From Thermoflexales bacterium (GTDB lineage Bacteria > Chloroflexota > Anaerolineae > Fen-1058), in contig JBGSMF010000263.1 of assembly GCA_041740315.1 (NCBI GenBank), positions 2,165-66,164 on the forward strand: a DNA stretch of 64,000 nucleotides, given 5' to 3'. Of the stretch, positions 46,969 through 56,853 are shown piece after piece; the first letter of the stretch is position 1; each line of letters opens with the position of its first letter. The translations under genes were made by a program, and so were the position numbers. The notes below the pieces were generated by a model. It saw nothing but the letters and a program-made list of their open reading frames with translations, was not told where the DNA came from and did no database searches.

Positions 46969-47171
46969 AAGTATCCTGTTATCCACAAAGAACACGAAGA
47001 AACACTAATTTTTTCTTTCTTGGTGCGCTTTTGTGGATGGAAATCCCTACAGATTAAGAGTTAATCCATAGGACGGCTCTGGCCGTAGGAATTTCCTTTT
47101 TCACCACAAAGGGCACAAGGGCACACAAAGGAAACTTGGTGTCCCTTTGTGTACTTGGTGGTTAACTTGAT

Positions 47172-47489
47172 TTACCCCTTCATCATATTGATGTCGTCAA
47201 TATTGATGCTTTGCTTGGTTTTGAAAATCATCACAATCAGCGCCAGGCCCACCGCCACTTCGGCGGCTGCCACGGTCATTACAAAAAACACAAATATCTG
47301 ACCCTCCAAAGCGCCCCAGGCATAGGCAAAGGCCACAAAGGCCAGGTTGGCTGCATTGAGCATCAGCTCGACCGACATAAAGACGATGATGGCGTTGCGC
47401 CGTGTTAGCACGCCCACCACGCCCAGTGTGAACAAGACGGTGCTGAGCGCGATATAGCCGGGCAATAATTGTGTTGAAAAAGTATCCAT
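47172..47489 (-). CDS. nuoK: NADH-quinone oxidoreductase subunit K
   Basis: [27 protein letters not shown]. Confidence 0.96.
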   Translation of the reverse strand: MDTFSTQLLPGYIALSTVLFTLGVVGVLTRRNAIIVFMSVELMLNAANLAFVAFAYAWGALEGQIFVFFVMTVAAAEVAVGLALIVMIFKTKQSINIDDINMMKG

Positions 47490-47501
47490 ACCTTCCACCT
47501 G

Positions 47502-48014
47502 CTATTTTCCGCCTTTCACTTTATCATCCTTCGTCAACACCACCGCGCCCACCAGCGCCACCAGCAGCAAGACCGAGGTGATTTCAAACGGCAGCAAGTA
47601 GCGGCTGAACAAGAGCGTCCCCACCGCCGCCGGGCTGCTATCGGGCAGCGCGCCGGCCGCTGTGGGCAAAGCCGTCCCCCGGCTTTGCACAACCCCGCCA
47701 GCCACCAGCAAAATCAGCGCCAACCCAATGGCAAGCGGCTGTTGCCAGCGCAGGGACTCCTTTTCGTGGGCGTGCTCAGCGCCCAGCAGCATGATGACGA
47801 ACAAAAATAGCACCATAATTGCGCCCGCATAAACCGATACTTGCACCATCGCCAAAAACGGCGCATTCAGGGCCAGGTAGAGCACTGCGATGGCGCTCAG
47901 GTTCAACACCAGGAACAGCGCGCTGTGCACGGCGCTGCGGCTGGTGATCATTGCCACAGCCGAGGCCAATGCCACCGCGCCAACGATGATGAATAGAATC
48001 AATTCAGTATTCAA
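47502..48014 (-). CDS. nuoJ: NADH-quinone oxidoreductase subunit J
   Basis: VHSAL, QVSVYAGAIMVLFLFVIMLL, YLLPFEITS; TTG start after GAGGAAGG. Confidence 0.95.
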   Translation of the reverse strand: MNTELILFIIVGAVALASAVAMITSRSAVHSALFLVLNLSAIAVLYLALNAPFLAMVQVSVYAGAIMVLFLFVIMLLGAEHAHEKESLRWQQPLAIGLALILLVAGGVVQSRGTALPTAAGALPDSSPAAVGTLLFSRYLLPFEITSVLLLVALVGAVVLTKDDKVKGGK

Positions 48015-48068
48015 AATCCCTTCCTCAAACCTATTACGTATTACGTAATACGTAATACGCAATACATT

Positions 48069-48572
48069 CTACGGCTCATTGACTAACCCCTCAGGCCGAA
48101 TAGCCGCCCGCGCGCTGCCAGGCATCACCTTTTGCGGCGTGCCCGGCTTGCCAGCGGGCGGCGGAACGATGAGCATGTCTTTGGTATAAATCAGGCTGCG
48201 CCGGTCATAGGCCGCCAGCTCGTACTTGCCGGTCAAGACGATGGCATTGGTGGGGCAGGCGTCTTCACAGTAACCGCAAAAAATGCAGCGCAGCATGTTA
48301 ATTTCATAGGTCGAGGCATAGCGCTCGCCGGGGCTGTAACGCGCGTCATCAGTATTGTCCGAGGCTTCCACATAAATCGCGTCTGCCGGGCAGGCCGCCG
48401 CGCACAGCGAACAGCCGATGCAGCGTTCTAACCCATCCTCGTAGCGGCGCAGCTCGTGCAAGCCGCGAAAGCGCGGCCGCACTGGCCGTTTGACCTCTGG
48501 ATATTGAATGGTCACCGGCGGGTTGAACAACTGCCGAAACGTTGTGGCAAAACCCTTGAAAAGTTGAAACAT
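48069..48572 (-). CDS. nuoI: NADH-quinone oxidoreductase subunit I
   Basis: TIQYP, RFRG, CIGCSLCAAACP, CIFCGYCEDACP. Confidence 0.96.
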   Translation of the reverse strand: MFQLFKGFATTFRQLFNPPVTIQYPEVKRPVRPRFRGLHELRRYEDGLERCIGCSLCAAACPADAIYVEASDNTDDARYSPGERYASTYEINMLRCIFCGYCEDACPTNAIVLTGKYELAAYDRRSLIYTKDMLIVPPPAGKPGTPQKVMPGSARAAIRPEGLVNEP

Positions 48573-49591
48573 CAAGTCCCTCGCACCACCACTGCTATTG
48601 CCGTCAACACCATATTGGCCAGCGAGATGGGCAGCATCACCTTCCACCCAAACGCCATCAAGCGATCGTAGCGAATGCGCGGCAGGGTAGCCCGCACCCA
48701 CACCATAATCAACAATGCCGCTGCCACCTTGCCAAAGAAATACAGCGGGCCAAGGCCGGGCAACTGTCCGGCCAGCGGCCCGTTGTAGCCGCCAAAAAAC
48801 AGCGTCACTACCAGCGCGCTGACGGCAATCATCTTGATGTATTCGGCCATAAAGAACAACGCAAACTTTATGCCGCTGTACTCGGTGTGATAGCCCGCCG
48901 TTAGCTCTTGCTCGGCCTCTGGCAGGTCGAACGGGGCCCGGCTCACCTCGGCCAGCACGCTGAGGCAAAACATCAGGCAAGCCACTGGCTGCAAAAAGAC
49001 AAACCACACCTTCTGCTGCGCGGCTACAATTTGGTTCAGGTCGAGCGTGCCGCAAAGCAGCACCACGCTGAGGACCGATAGCCCCATCGCCAGCTCGTAG
49101 CTGATCATCTGCGCCGACGAACGCAGCGCGCCCAGCAAGCTGTACTTGTTGTTCGAAGACCAGCCCGCCAGCGCAATGCCGTACACGCCGATTGAAGTGA
49201 TGGCCAGCACGTACAGCAGCCCGACGTTGATGCCGCCCTCCGAGCTGGGCGCGACGACCAAAGACACCTGGCGGCCAAACAACTCTACCACCCCGCCAAT
49301 GGGCACCACGGCAAAGATGACCAGCGCCGGGATGACCGCCACCAGGGGCGCGAGCACAAAAATGACCTTGTCTGCGCCCGATGGGATCAATTCTTCTTTA
49401 AAGATGAGCTTGATGCCGTCGGCCACCGGCTGTAGCCAGCCGAACTTGCCGGCGCGGTTTGGCCCGTAGCGCATCTGCAAGCGAGCGATAAACTTGCGCT
49501 CGAGCAGCGTCATGTAGGCAAAGCCTGTCAGCGCTCCAGCAACAATGCCCAGGCTCTTGAGCAACGCTTCAATGATTAAACCTGTGTCCAT
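48572..49591 (-). CDS. nuoH: NADH-quinone oxidoreductase subunit H
   Basis: LERK, RYGPNR, QPVADGIKLIFKE, AQMISYE, RAPFDLPEAE, RIRYD. Confidence 0.96.
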   Translation of the reverse strand: MDTGLIIEALLKSLGIVAGALTGFAYMTLLERKFIARLQMRYGPNRAGKFGWLQPVADGIKLIFKEELIPSGADKVIFVLAPLVAVIPALVIFAVVPIGGVVELFGRQVSLVVAPSSEGGINVGLLYVLAITSIGVYGIALAGWSSNNKYSLLGALRSSAQMISYELAMGLSVLSVVLLCGTLDLNQIVAAQQKVWFVFLQPVACLMFCLSVLAEVSRAPFDLPEAEQELTAGYHTEYSGIKFALFFMAEYIKMIAVSALVVTLFFGGYNGPLAGQLPGLGPLYFFGKVAAALLIMVWVRATLPRIRYDRLMAFGWKVMLPISLANMVLTAIAVVVRGT

Positions 49592-49637
49592 GCACTTTCC
49601 AGTAGACGAACGACAAACGACCAATGACAAAAATTGG

Positions 49638-51992
49638 TCACCTGTCAACCAGGTGTGCTTTTAGCCGCTCTGATTTTTCAACCAACGTGCCGCGCCGATA
49701 TAATGGTCGCGCTTTGATGGGCGCCACTTGCGGCTCTACCCAGCGCAGCTCGTAACGCTCAGCCGATTCACAGCCCGCTGACAATTGCACCCCCAGCCCG
49801 TCGCGGTTATCGTACACCGTGCCGCCAAAGTACAGGTCGTCGTACCCTACCGGCGGCCATTGTGGGGCGACTTGCGCCAGGCGGGCGTAAGTTGCTTGGG
49901 CATAGCCCGGCATAGTGGCGGCCAGCTCGACCATGATTTCTTCCGAGGTGGCGTAATTCCAATCCAAGCCCAATTTGCGCGCTACTCTCTGCATAATTTG
50001 CCAGTCTGGCTGCGCTTGGCCCAGGGACGGCAAAGCCTTGTAAAAGCGCTGCACACGCCGCTCGGCATTGGTAAAGGTGCCATCGCGTTCGGCCCAACTG
50101 ACGGCCGGAAGGACCACATCGGCCTTGCGCGCTGTTTCGGTGGCAAACAACTCTTGGCAAATGACAAACGCGCTGGGGGGTAATTCTGCGCCGTCTCCCA
50201 CCGGGTCGGCGCCGGCGATATATAACGTGGAAGGCTCAAAGCCAAAATCCGGCGTTTGAAATCCCAGAGTCGTAATTTGATCCAGCACGCCCTGGGTGTT
50301 GGCATGGGGCCACACCGGCAGCAAGCCATTGTTGGGCCGGCCCACGTGCCCAGTGAGAACCGCCAGGTTAGCCAGATGTTGCGGCAGCGACTCGGGTGCG
50401 CCGACGGTGCCAAAGGCAAAAATGGTATTTCCGGCTGCTGCCAGCGCGCGCGCTGTGCTGACAATCGCCTCTGGCGGCACGCCGGTCAATTCGCTCACCC
50501 GCGCGGGTGTAAATTCGGCCAGCTTGGCCTCTAGCTCAGCCAGTCCAGACACCAGGTTTCTATCAGAAGCCTGGTGTCTCTCCAAAATTACGTTTAAAGT
50601 TACGTTCAGCAAACCTAGCACGACATGTGTCTCTGTGCCCTCACGGCACTGAAGGCACGTAACTTGAGCCGGCTGGGTGGAATTTTTGGGTCTGAAACTC
50701 GAAACTTGGAATTTTGGAATTGACCTCAGCCGCAAATTCCATACAGGCGCTTCTTCCTTCAGGTCGGCCCCCACAATCAAGACAACGCTGTTAGCCGGAT
50801 CCAATCTGCCCAAATTCGTTCCGGTCGCCACACCGTATTGCCGCGCCACCTGCGCGCCCCCCACACACGGGTACATTTGCATCCAATCCGATTTAAAGCC
50901 CTGGCGCAGCAGCTTGCCCAGTAGATACACATCTTCGTTGGGCAGACAGTCGCCCACCAGCGCAACTGTCTTGCCGCTTTCCAGCCTGAGCTTTTCGCTC
51001 ACCACCGCCAGCGCCGCATCCCAAGAAATCGGCTGAAGGCTCTCGCCCCAGCGCACCAAGGGCTGGGTCAGACGTTGGGGGCTGTGCGTGTGACCGTGCC
51101 CAAAGCGGCCCTTGTCGCAAATCCATATCTCATTCACCTGCTCGTTTTGTCGGGGCATGACGCGCAAAATTTCCCAGCCGCCCCCTCGCTTGGCGCTGCG
51201 GCGCGTGCTGAGGGTGAGGTTGCACCCCACCGCGCAGTGAGGACACAGGCTGGGGATATTGGTCAGCTCCCACGGGCGGGCACGAAAGTGAAAATCTACC
51301 GTCGTCAGCGCGCCCACCGGGCAGATATCGGTGGTGTTGCCCGAAAAATGGCTATTGAACGGCGGAGCGGAAAACGTAATGATTTCCAGCTTGCGCCCGC
51401 GCTCTGAAAAGCCCAGCACGTGGTCGCCGGCGATTTCATCTTGGAAGCGGACGCAGCGCGCGCATTGGATGCAGCGTTCGCGATCCAGCCAGATGAGGTC
51501 GCCCAGCGGGACGTGCTTGTCTAGCAGTTGCTTGTCTAAAAATTCAAAGCGGGTCTTGCCCGGCCCATAGGCCATCGTCAGGTTTTGCAATGGGCACTCG
51601 CCGCCCTTGTCGCAAATGGGGCAATCGAGAGGATGGCTGGTGAGCAGCAGTTCCAGCACCTCGCGCTGAGCGGCCTTGACTGCGTCGCTTTGCGCGGCGG
51701 TGCGCACCTGCATCCCCTCGCTGACGGGCGTGGTGCAGGCTGTTTGCAGCTTTAGGTTCCAGACAATTTTTTGCTGGCCGCTTTCATCCAGCACCGGCTG
51801 GCCCGTGGCGCGGTCAATGGCTGGCGTGCCAATCTCCACCAGGCACATGCGGCACATCCCCACCGGCTTGAGCTTGGGGTGATAGCAAAACACGGGAATG
51901 GTGATGCCCACCGATTTGGCTGCATCTACCACCAACGTGCCGGCGGGCACGCTCACTTGCTGGTCGTCAATGAATAGGTTAACCAAGTTCAT
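49638..51992 (-). CDS. nuoG: NADH-quinone oxidoreductase subunit G
   Basis: PVFCYH, CRMCLVE, HPLDCPICDKGGECPLQ, CIQCARC, DICPVGAL, CPHCAVGC. Confidence 0.96.
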   Translation of the reverse strand: MNLVNLFIDDQQVSVPAGTLVVDAAKSVGITIPVFCYHPKLKPVGMCRMCLVEIGTPAIDRATGQPVLDESGQQKIVWNLKLQTACTTPVSEGMQVRTAAQSDAVKAAQREVLELLLTSHPLDCPICDKGGECPLQNLTMAYGPGKTRFEFLDKQLLDKHVPLGDLIWLDRERCIQCARCVRFQDEIAGDHVLGFSERGRKLEIITFSAPPFNSHFSGNTTDICPVGALTTVDFHFRARPWELTNIPSLCPHCAVGCNLTLSTRRSAKRGGGWEILRVMPRQNEQVNEIWICDKGRFGHGHTHSPQRLTQPLVRWGESLQPISWDAALAVVSEKLRLESGKTVALVGDCLPNEDVYLLGKLLRQGFKSDWMQMYPCVGGAQVARQYGVATGTNLGRLDPANSVVLIVGADLKEEAPVWNLRLRSIPKFQVSSFRPKNSTQPAQVTCLQCREGTETHVVLGLLNVTLNVILERHQASDRNLVSGLAELEAKLAEFTPARVSELTGVPPEAIVSTARALAAAGNTIFAFGTVGAPESLPQHLANLAVLTGHVGRPNNGLLPVWPHANTQGVLDQITTLGFQTPDFGFEPSTLYIAGADPVGDGAELPPSAFVICQELFATETARKADVVLPAVSWAERDGTFTNAERRVQRFYKALPSLGQAQPDWQIMQRVARKLGLDWNYATSEEIMVELAATMPGYAQATYARLAQVAPQWPPVGYDDLYFGGTVYDNRDGLGVQLSAGCESAERYELRWVEPQVAPIKARPLYRRGTLVEKSERLKAHLVDR

Positions 51993-53836
51993 TTCCGCTT
52001 TTTTGTCCGGGCGCGTCCCATTCGACCGGCCGCCCTCTCCAATTCAGCTTGAAAAGCGCTGTGGCGAGGAAAGCTTTCTCGCGCGCTGTTCAGCATAGCA
52101 TCCGCATCTTTGCCCTGCGCTTGCAGCATCTCTGCGCAGGCGGCCACAAGCACGGCCGCCTTGTCGTAACTTTTGCGGTGTTGCCCGCCCACAATAGCCT
52201 GCATCCGCTTGTTGGCCGTGTCAATGCACCAGGCTGAAAATCTAGTTTGCTGCTCCTTACTCAAAGACGCATTGGGAAGCATTTGGGCATAGGTGTGCTC
52301 TATGCGTTCTGGCAAGCGATTATCTTGGCTGGCAAGGGCGTCTGCTTCCACCCAGCCTTCTTTGTCTTCATAATCATCGTAATCATTGTAGTACGCCATG
52401 CCCCCATAGCCAAACCCGATGCTGCTGCGCAGTGCAGAACGCCAGAGCTCTTTTAAATTTGCGGGCATTGTGGCGTCGGTGCAGCCTGCCAGCAGCGCGA
52501 GGAAAAACGCCAGGCACCACCCTTGTGAACTGGTGTCATAGCTCCAACCTAATACTTGCATGTGAGCGACTTGCTTGTGGGCGGCATCCCAATCTTGGGC
52601 CAACAAATACGCATGAACCAGGACAGATTCGTCAGTCCATGCCTCTTCCTCTTGGTCATCTGGGGGCCACTCTGCGCTTGCTGAGTTGGCTTTGCGCGGC
52701 GGATGGGCAATATAATCTTTCAGGTATTCTGCTGCTTGCCGCATCCACTTGAGCTGCTCTTTGCCCGCGGCAACGGTGTCTTGCAAATCAAGCAAGCATC
52801 CCAGGCCAGGTTGAGCCTCAAAAGCCTGCCAGCGCCCATCGCGCAGGGCTTGGGGGTCATTGAGCTTGCTGGCAGCAACGCACAGGTGATCGGCGACAGC
52901 GGCGCGGATAGGCTGCTTTTCCGGCAGAATCAGGAGAGCCTGTTGCGCAGCGGCGAGCACCTCGGCGTGTTTGCCCTCGCTTTCCAGCGCAGTGAACCAA
53001 TCCAGGTACGCTCTGGGGCGTTTTTTGCCTTCCTTGAGCGCCAGTTTTTCTAGCCCGGCTGTGCCTTGCGAAAGGCGAATGGCCTCTCGCAGCCAGGCGT
53101 CGGCGTCAGCGCCTTTTTGCTTGCGCAGAAAAGCAACCCACTCTTTTAAAAATTGGTCTTGATCGGGCAGCGGCTTGGGTGAAATTTGAATCACATCATC
53201 TAGCATGGCGCGCGGCTTGCCAAAGCCAAAGCGTGATTGTTGCATCTGTTCAAAGAGCGCCTGGGGGCGGCTTGCCTGGGGTTCGGTTTCGTACACCGCG
53301 CGCAAGTAACGCGCCCACAGCTCGGCCTTGTCTACCTGGTCAAGGTCGCTTATCCGCACGCCCCGCCCATGGTCATCTTCCAGGCTGAGCGTCTCGTAAA
53401 GCTTTTGATAGGCCTTGCGCGCCAAAGTCAGCTTGCCATAATCAAACACGGCATCCACCCGCTCAACCAATGCCGCCAGCGGTTCTACAAAATCCTCGTA
53501 AGGGCTAAGGCTATCCTCATCATCGTGATAATCGCCCCACTCGTCGTAATAGCCTTCGTCCCAATATTCCTCGGCGTTCTTCATGGCGGCCTTGATTTCA
53601 CGCGCCAGGTCGCCAATATCGGCCAGCAGGTCTTCTTGCCCAATCGCCTGCTGGATAGCCGAGCCTGTTTCTGCGGCCGGTTCCAATTTGGCTAGAAAAG
53701 CTTGCCGGCCTGCCGGCAAGGTCTCGTGCGCCATTGCGCGCAAAATGGCGCGCAGTTCATCGGCAGAGCATTGGTCCAGCCGCTGCTCCACCGCTTCCCA
53801 AAATGCTTTTAATGTCATTTTTTCTTTGCTTGGCAT
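51989..53836 (-). CDS. Hypothetical 615-aa predicted all-helical protein with acidic/aromatic patches
   Basis: Long ORF with GGAG RBS; stop overlaps nuoG start (ATGA); C-terminal HRKSYDKAA...FPRHSAFQAEL. Confidence 0.8.
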   Translation of the reverse strand: MPSKEKMTLKAFWEAVEQRLDQCSADELRAILRAMAHETLPAGRQAFLAKLEPAAETGSAIQQAIGQEDLLADIGDLAREIKAAMKNAEEYWDEGYYDEWGDYHDDEDSLSPYEDFVEPLAALVERVDAVFDYGKLTLARKAYQKLYETLSLEDDHGRGVRISDLDQVDKAELWARYLRAVYETEPQASRPQALFEQMQQSRFGFGKPRAMLDDVIQISPKPLPDQDQFLKEWVAFLRKQKGADADAWLREAIRLSQGTAGLEKLALKEGKKRPRAYLDWFTALESEGKHAEVLAAAQQALLILPEKQPIRAAVADHLCVAASKLNDPQALRDGRWQAFEAQPGLGCLLDLQDTVAAGKEQLKWMRQAAEYLKDYIAHPPRKANSASAEWPPDDQEEEAWTDESVLVHAYLLAQDWDAAHKQVAHMQVLGWSYDTSSQGWCLAFFLALLAGCTDATMPANLKELWRSALRSSIGFGYGGMAYYNDYDDYEDKEGWVEADALASQDNRLPERIEHTYAQMLPNASLSKEQQTRFSAWCIDTANKRMQAIVGGQHRKSYDKAAVLVAACAEMLQAQGKDADAMLNSARESFPRHSAFQAELERAAGRMGRARTKKRK

Positions 53837-53858
53837 AGCTCCTCCATTGCATCAGGCG

Positions 53859-54605
53859 TCATTTCTTGTGGAACGCAAAATCGGCAAACGTCTGCCCCTC
53901 CAGATAATCTGGAAAAGTATAGACGCCCGTAACTTGAACAAAACACCGATCTGGAAACTTGGCCCAACCGCGAGCCAGCCCGACTCGCAGGTAAACGTCC
54001 CTCGACTGCAAGGCCGCTGTCAACTCGGCGGCAATCTTTATCGGGGCGCAGCCTTGCTCACGTTGACGATCGTGGTAGTATCGCCACGCCAGGTCCGTAA
54101 CCGTCAACCGATAAATCTGTCCTTCGCCATCATTAAAGACAAGACGGTATTGCCATTTGTTTTCAGGCGAAAGGTCGTGAATCACAGATTGTATCTGTTG
54201 AGGTCGAATCGTGCCGAGAGAACGCACTCCTTGGCCCAATTTGACGTAGCAGCCATAATCAAAGTAAAGCAGCGTTTCAAAAACCGACCTAACGCTGGCA
54301 AAAAGCGTCCGGTCGAGTATTTCCCTTTTGGCTTTTTCGTCCACTCGCTTGATAAAGCGCACCGTGGAGGGATTGTAGCGATAATCTTCTGTATGTGGCG
54401 GCTCGGGCACTGCTTGTAGCAGGTCATATTCCACCACCGCAAAAGGGTAAACACTTGGGCGACCCTGCCCGTATAACGTGCTCTCATGAATGCCAGGCGG
54501 CGGCAAAGTTGGGCGGATGCAGTGGCCCTGTCTATCGTAACCGGCCACGCACACGCGCCCTTCTTGCATGCGCGTCAAATCGGTAATGACAATCTCTTTC
54601 TTCAC
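53859..54605 (-). CDS. Dual OB-fold domain-like protein
   Basis: IVITDLTRM..GRVCVAG....CIRP, SLGTI, YRL.F, L.VTD, YLRVGLAR; GTGA overlap with upstream DUF488. Confidence 0.7.
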   Translation of the reverse strand: MKKEIVITDLTRMQEGRVCVAGYDRQGHCIRPTLPPPGIHESTLYGQGRPSVYPFAVVEYDLLQAVPEPPHTEDYRYNPSTVRFIKRVDEKAKREILDRTLFASVRSVFETLLYFDYGCYVKLGQGVRSLGTIRPQQIQSVIHDLSPENKWQYRLVFNDGEGQIYRLTVTDLAWRYYHDRQREQGCAPIKIAAELTAALQSRDVYLRVGLARGWAKFPDRCFVQVTGVYTFPDYLEGQTFADFAFHKK

Positions 54606-55039
54606 AGGTGAATAATCTCCACACCCGACCAATGCGCCGCAAGCCGCTCGGCGACCAGGCGGCGGTGGCACCGCTCAGGCGCAGCCTCGCTACAAAGCAA
54701 ACAGGAAACTTGCTCAAACTCGGCCCGATTCAAAGCGGTAGGGATGTTTCGTTCATCCATAAGGGATTCAAAACGCTCAACGTATCGGACCCAATCTGAA
54801 TCCTGGCGATAATCCTTCAAGAGTTCCTTGGTTGGCGACAGTTCAGGCATGTAGACGTATTGGCAACCGGCCGCAAGGGCGGCAAGAAAGTAGGGCAGAT
54901 CATCTTGTTTGGCAAAGCCGGCCAGTTGCCCGCCCGGGTTCAGGCGAATATCCACCAATCGCTGCACGCCATGCCGCCGCAGCAACTCGAAGAAATCTTG
55001 GGCGCGTTTTTGAGTAAAACCTATTGTGTAAATCTTCAT
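54602..55039 (-). CDS. DUF488 family protein
   Basis: IYTIGFT, LVDIRLNP..QLAGFAK, LLCSE..PE.CHRRLVAE; ATGA overlap. Confidence 0.88.
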   Translation of the reverse strand: MKIYTIGFTQKRAQDFFELLRRHGVQRLVDIRLNPGGQLAGFAKQDDLPYFLAALAAGCQYVYMPELSPTKELLKDYRQDSDWVRYVERFESLMDERNIPTALNRAEFEQVSCLLCSEAAPERCHRRLVAERLAAHWSGVEIIHL

Positions 55040-55581
55040 AGCAAAGTTAGCTGTTCTACTGGCGGCAATTCGTCCACCGAGGCAAGAATTGACCTGGCGC
55101 CAAACACCGAACCATCGCCGCGAATGTGCCGCACGTCTACCTCGGGGCGCTCCGCGATGAGATATTTTGCAATCAAGTGGTGCCGGTGACATTCGGCCGG
55201 ATTCTCCTCGCTGCACATAATTGCCGTCGTTTGCTCGTCGGCCAGTTCCAACAAGCGTTCTATGCCTTTGATAAACCACGAACGCTTCATCACTTCTGGA
55301 TAATCCACCTCGTGTAAATAGTCTGTTCCCTCGGCCGGCAGCGCGCGGCTCTTGTAGCAGAGCGGGTCGGATGGGCGGCCTCCCAGGTATTTGCCAGCAT
55401 GAGCATATTGAATTTCGCGCTGCGGCAAAACAGCTTCAAGGTTCTCTTTGTTGAATTGTGGATTGTAGCGGCTGTAGGGCGCAGTGCGCACGTCAACCAA
55501 GAGCATAACGCCATTGTCCTCTAGCAAAGCGATAAATTTTTCCAAGCTGTGATTGCTGTGGCCAATAGTCAAAAGCTTCAT
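55036..55581 (-). CDS. DUF488 family protein (second subtype)
   Basis: LTIGHSN, LVDVR.APYSR..PQFN, LGG, IMCSEENP.ECHRH. Confidence 0.88.
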   Translation of the reverse strand: MKLLTIGHSNHSLEKFIALLEDNGVMLLVDVRTAPYSRYNPQFNKENLEAVLPQREIQYAHAGKYLGGRPSDPLCYKSRALPAEGTDYLHEVDYPEVMKRSWFIKGIERLLELADEQTTAIMCSEENPAECHRHHLIAKYLIAERPEVDVRHIRGDGSVFGARSILASVDELPPVEQLTLL

Positions 55582-55596
55582 ATCACATCCTGTCTC

Positions 55597-56853
55597 CTAC
55601 ACTTGGCTCACTTTTGCCAAATATTCGTCTTTGAACAAGTTGACGCTAGATAATATCGGCGCAATGGCAAATTCACCCAGCGGGCACAAGCACTTGTTTT
55701 GCATCTGACCGGCCACGCTGCACAGCAACTCAACGTCGTCTGGCTTGCCGTGCCCGGCCGCCAGCCGCTCGAAAATATGTAGCAGCCAATAGGTGCCCTC
55801 GCGGCAGGGAGTGCACTTGCCGCACGACTCGTGCTTGAAAAAGCGAATGACCTTGTGCATCGCCCAAACTATATCAGTGGTCGAATCCATCACGATGACC
55901 GAGGCCGAGCCAAGCATCGAGCCGGCGCCGGCCACCGATTCGTAATCGAGCGGCGTATCCAGCTTGTCGCCCGTAATCAGCGTAGACGACGCGCCCGAAG
56001 GCATGAGGGCCTTGACCTCGGTGCCCTCGCGCAGCAGACCTTGGCCGTATTCCTGGCCGTAAATCAGATCTCGAAAGGTGATGGCGCCGAGCGGGGCTTC
56101 GTAATTGCCGGGGCGCTTGACGTGTCCGCTGAGGGAGTATATCTTGGGGCCGGGGCTTTTTTCGGTGCCAAAGCGCCGATAGGCCGCCGCGCCGTTCAAG
56201 ATGATGTAGGGCACATTGGCCAGCGTTTCAACATTGTTGATGACGGTGGGCCGGCTGTATAGCCCCTCGACGGCGGGGAAGGGGGGGCGCAGGCGCGGCT
56301 GGCCGATTTTGCCCTCTAGCGATTCGAGCAAGGCCGTTTCTTCGCCGCAGATATAGGCCCCCGCGCCCAAATGAACTGCCACGTCCACCGTCACGCCGCT
56401 GCCCAGGATATTTTGCCCCAGGTAACCGGCTTTGTAGGCCTTGTCTACCGCCGATTGCAGCGCGCGCGCCGGTTGGGCAAATTCGCCGCGACAGTAGATA
56501 TAGACCTTTTCGGCCTGCACAGCAAAAGCGGCCAACGCAGCGCCTTCGATCACCTGGTGAGGGTTCTTTTCGAGCAATTGGCGATCTTTGAACGTGCCCG
56601 GCTCGGATTCATCGGCATTGACCACCACATAATGTGGCAGTGCGCCCTTGACAAAGCTCCACTTGAGGCCGGTGGGAAAGCCTGCCCCGCCGCGCCCGCG
56701 CAGGCCCGAATTCGTCACCTCTTGCTTAACCTGATCCGGCCCCATCGAGGTGAGCGCCTTGCGCAAGGCCGCGTATCCAGCGTGCTCAACATAGACATCC
56801 AGCTTGCCAATATCGGGAATATCCAGGTCGCGCAAAAGGATGTGTTGCCCCAT
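55597..56853 (-). CDS. nuoF: NADH-quinone oxidoreductase subunit F
   Basis: SGLRGRGGAGFPTGLKW, NADESEPGTFKDR, GAGAYICGEETAL, HESCGKCTPCREG. Confidence 0.97.
   Translation of the reverse strand: MGQHILLRDLDIPDIGKLDVYVEHAGYAALRKALTSMGPDQVKQEVTNSGLRGRGGAGFPTGLKWSFVKGALPHYVVVNADESEPGTFKDRQLLEKNPHQVIEGAALAAFAVQAEKVYIYCRGEFAQPARALQSAVDKAYKAGYLGQNILGSGVTVDVAVHLGAGAYICGEETALLESLEGKIGQPRLRPPFPAVEGLYSRPTVINNVETLANVPYIILNGAAAYRRFGTEKSPGPKIYSLSGHVKRPGNYEAPLGAITFRDLIYGQEYGQGLLREGTEVKALMPSGASSTLITGDKLDTPLDYESVAGAGSMLGSASVIVMDSTTDIVWAMHKVIRFFKHESCGKCTPCREGTYWLLHIFERLAAGHGKPDDVELLCSVAGQMQNKCLCPLGEFAIAPILSSVNLFKDEYLAKVSQV

Noticed and set aside
47040-47100. Possible small gene or ncRNA between the repeat blocks of the nuoK-nuoL spacer
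   Set aside because: No credible ORF, RBS or recognisable RNA motif.
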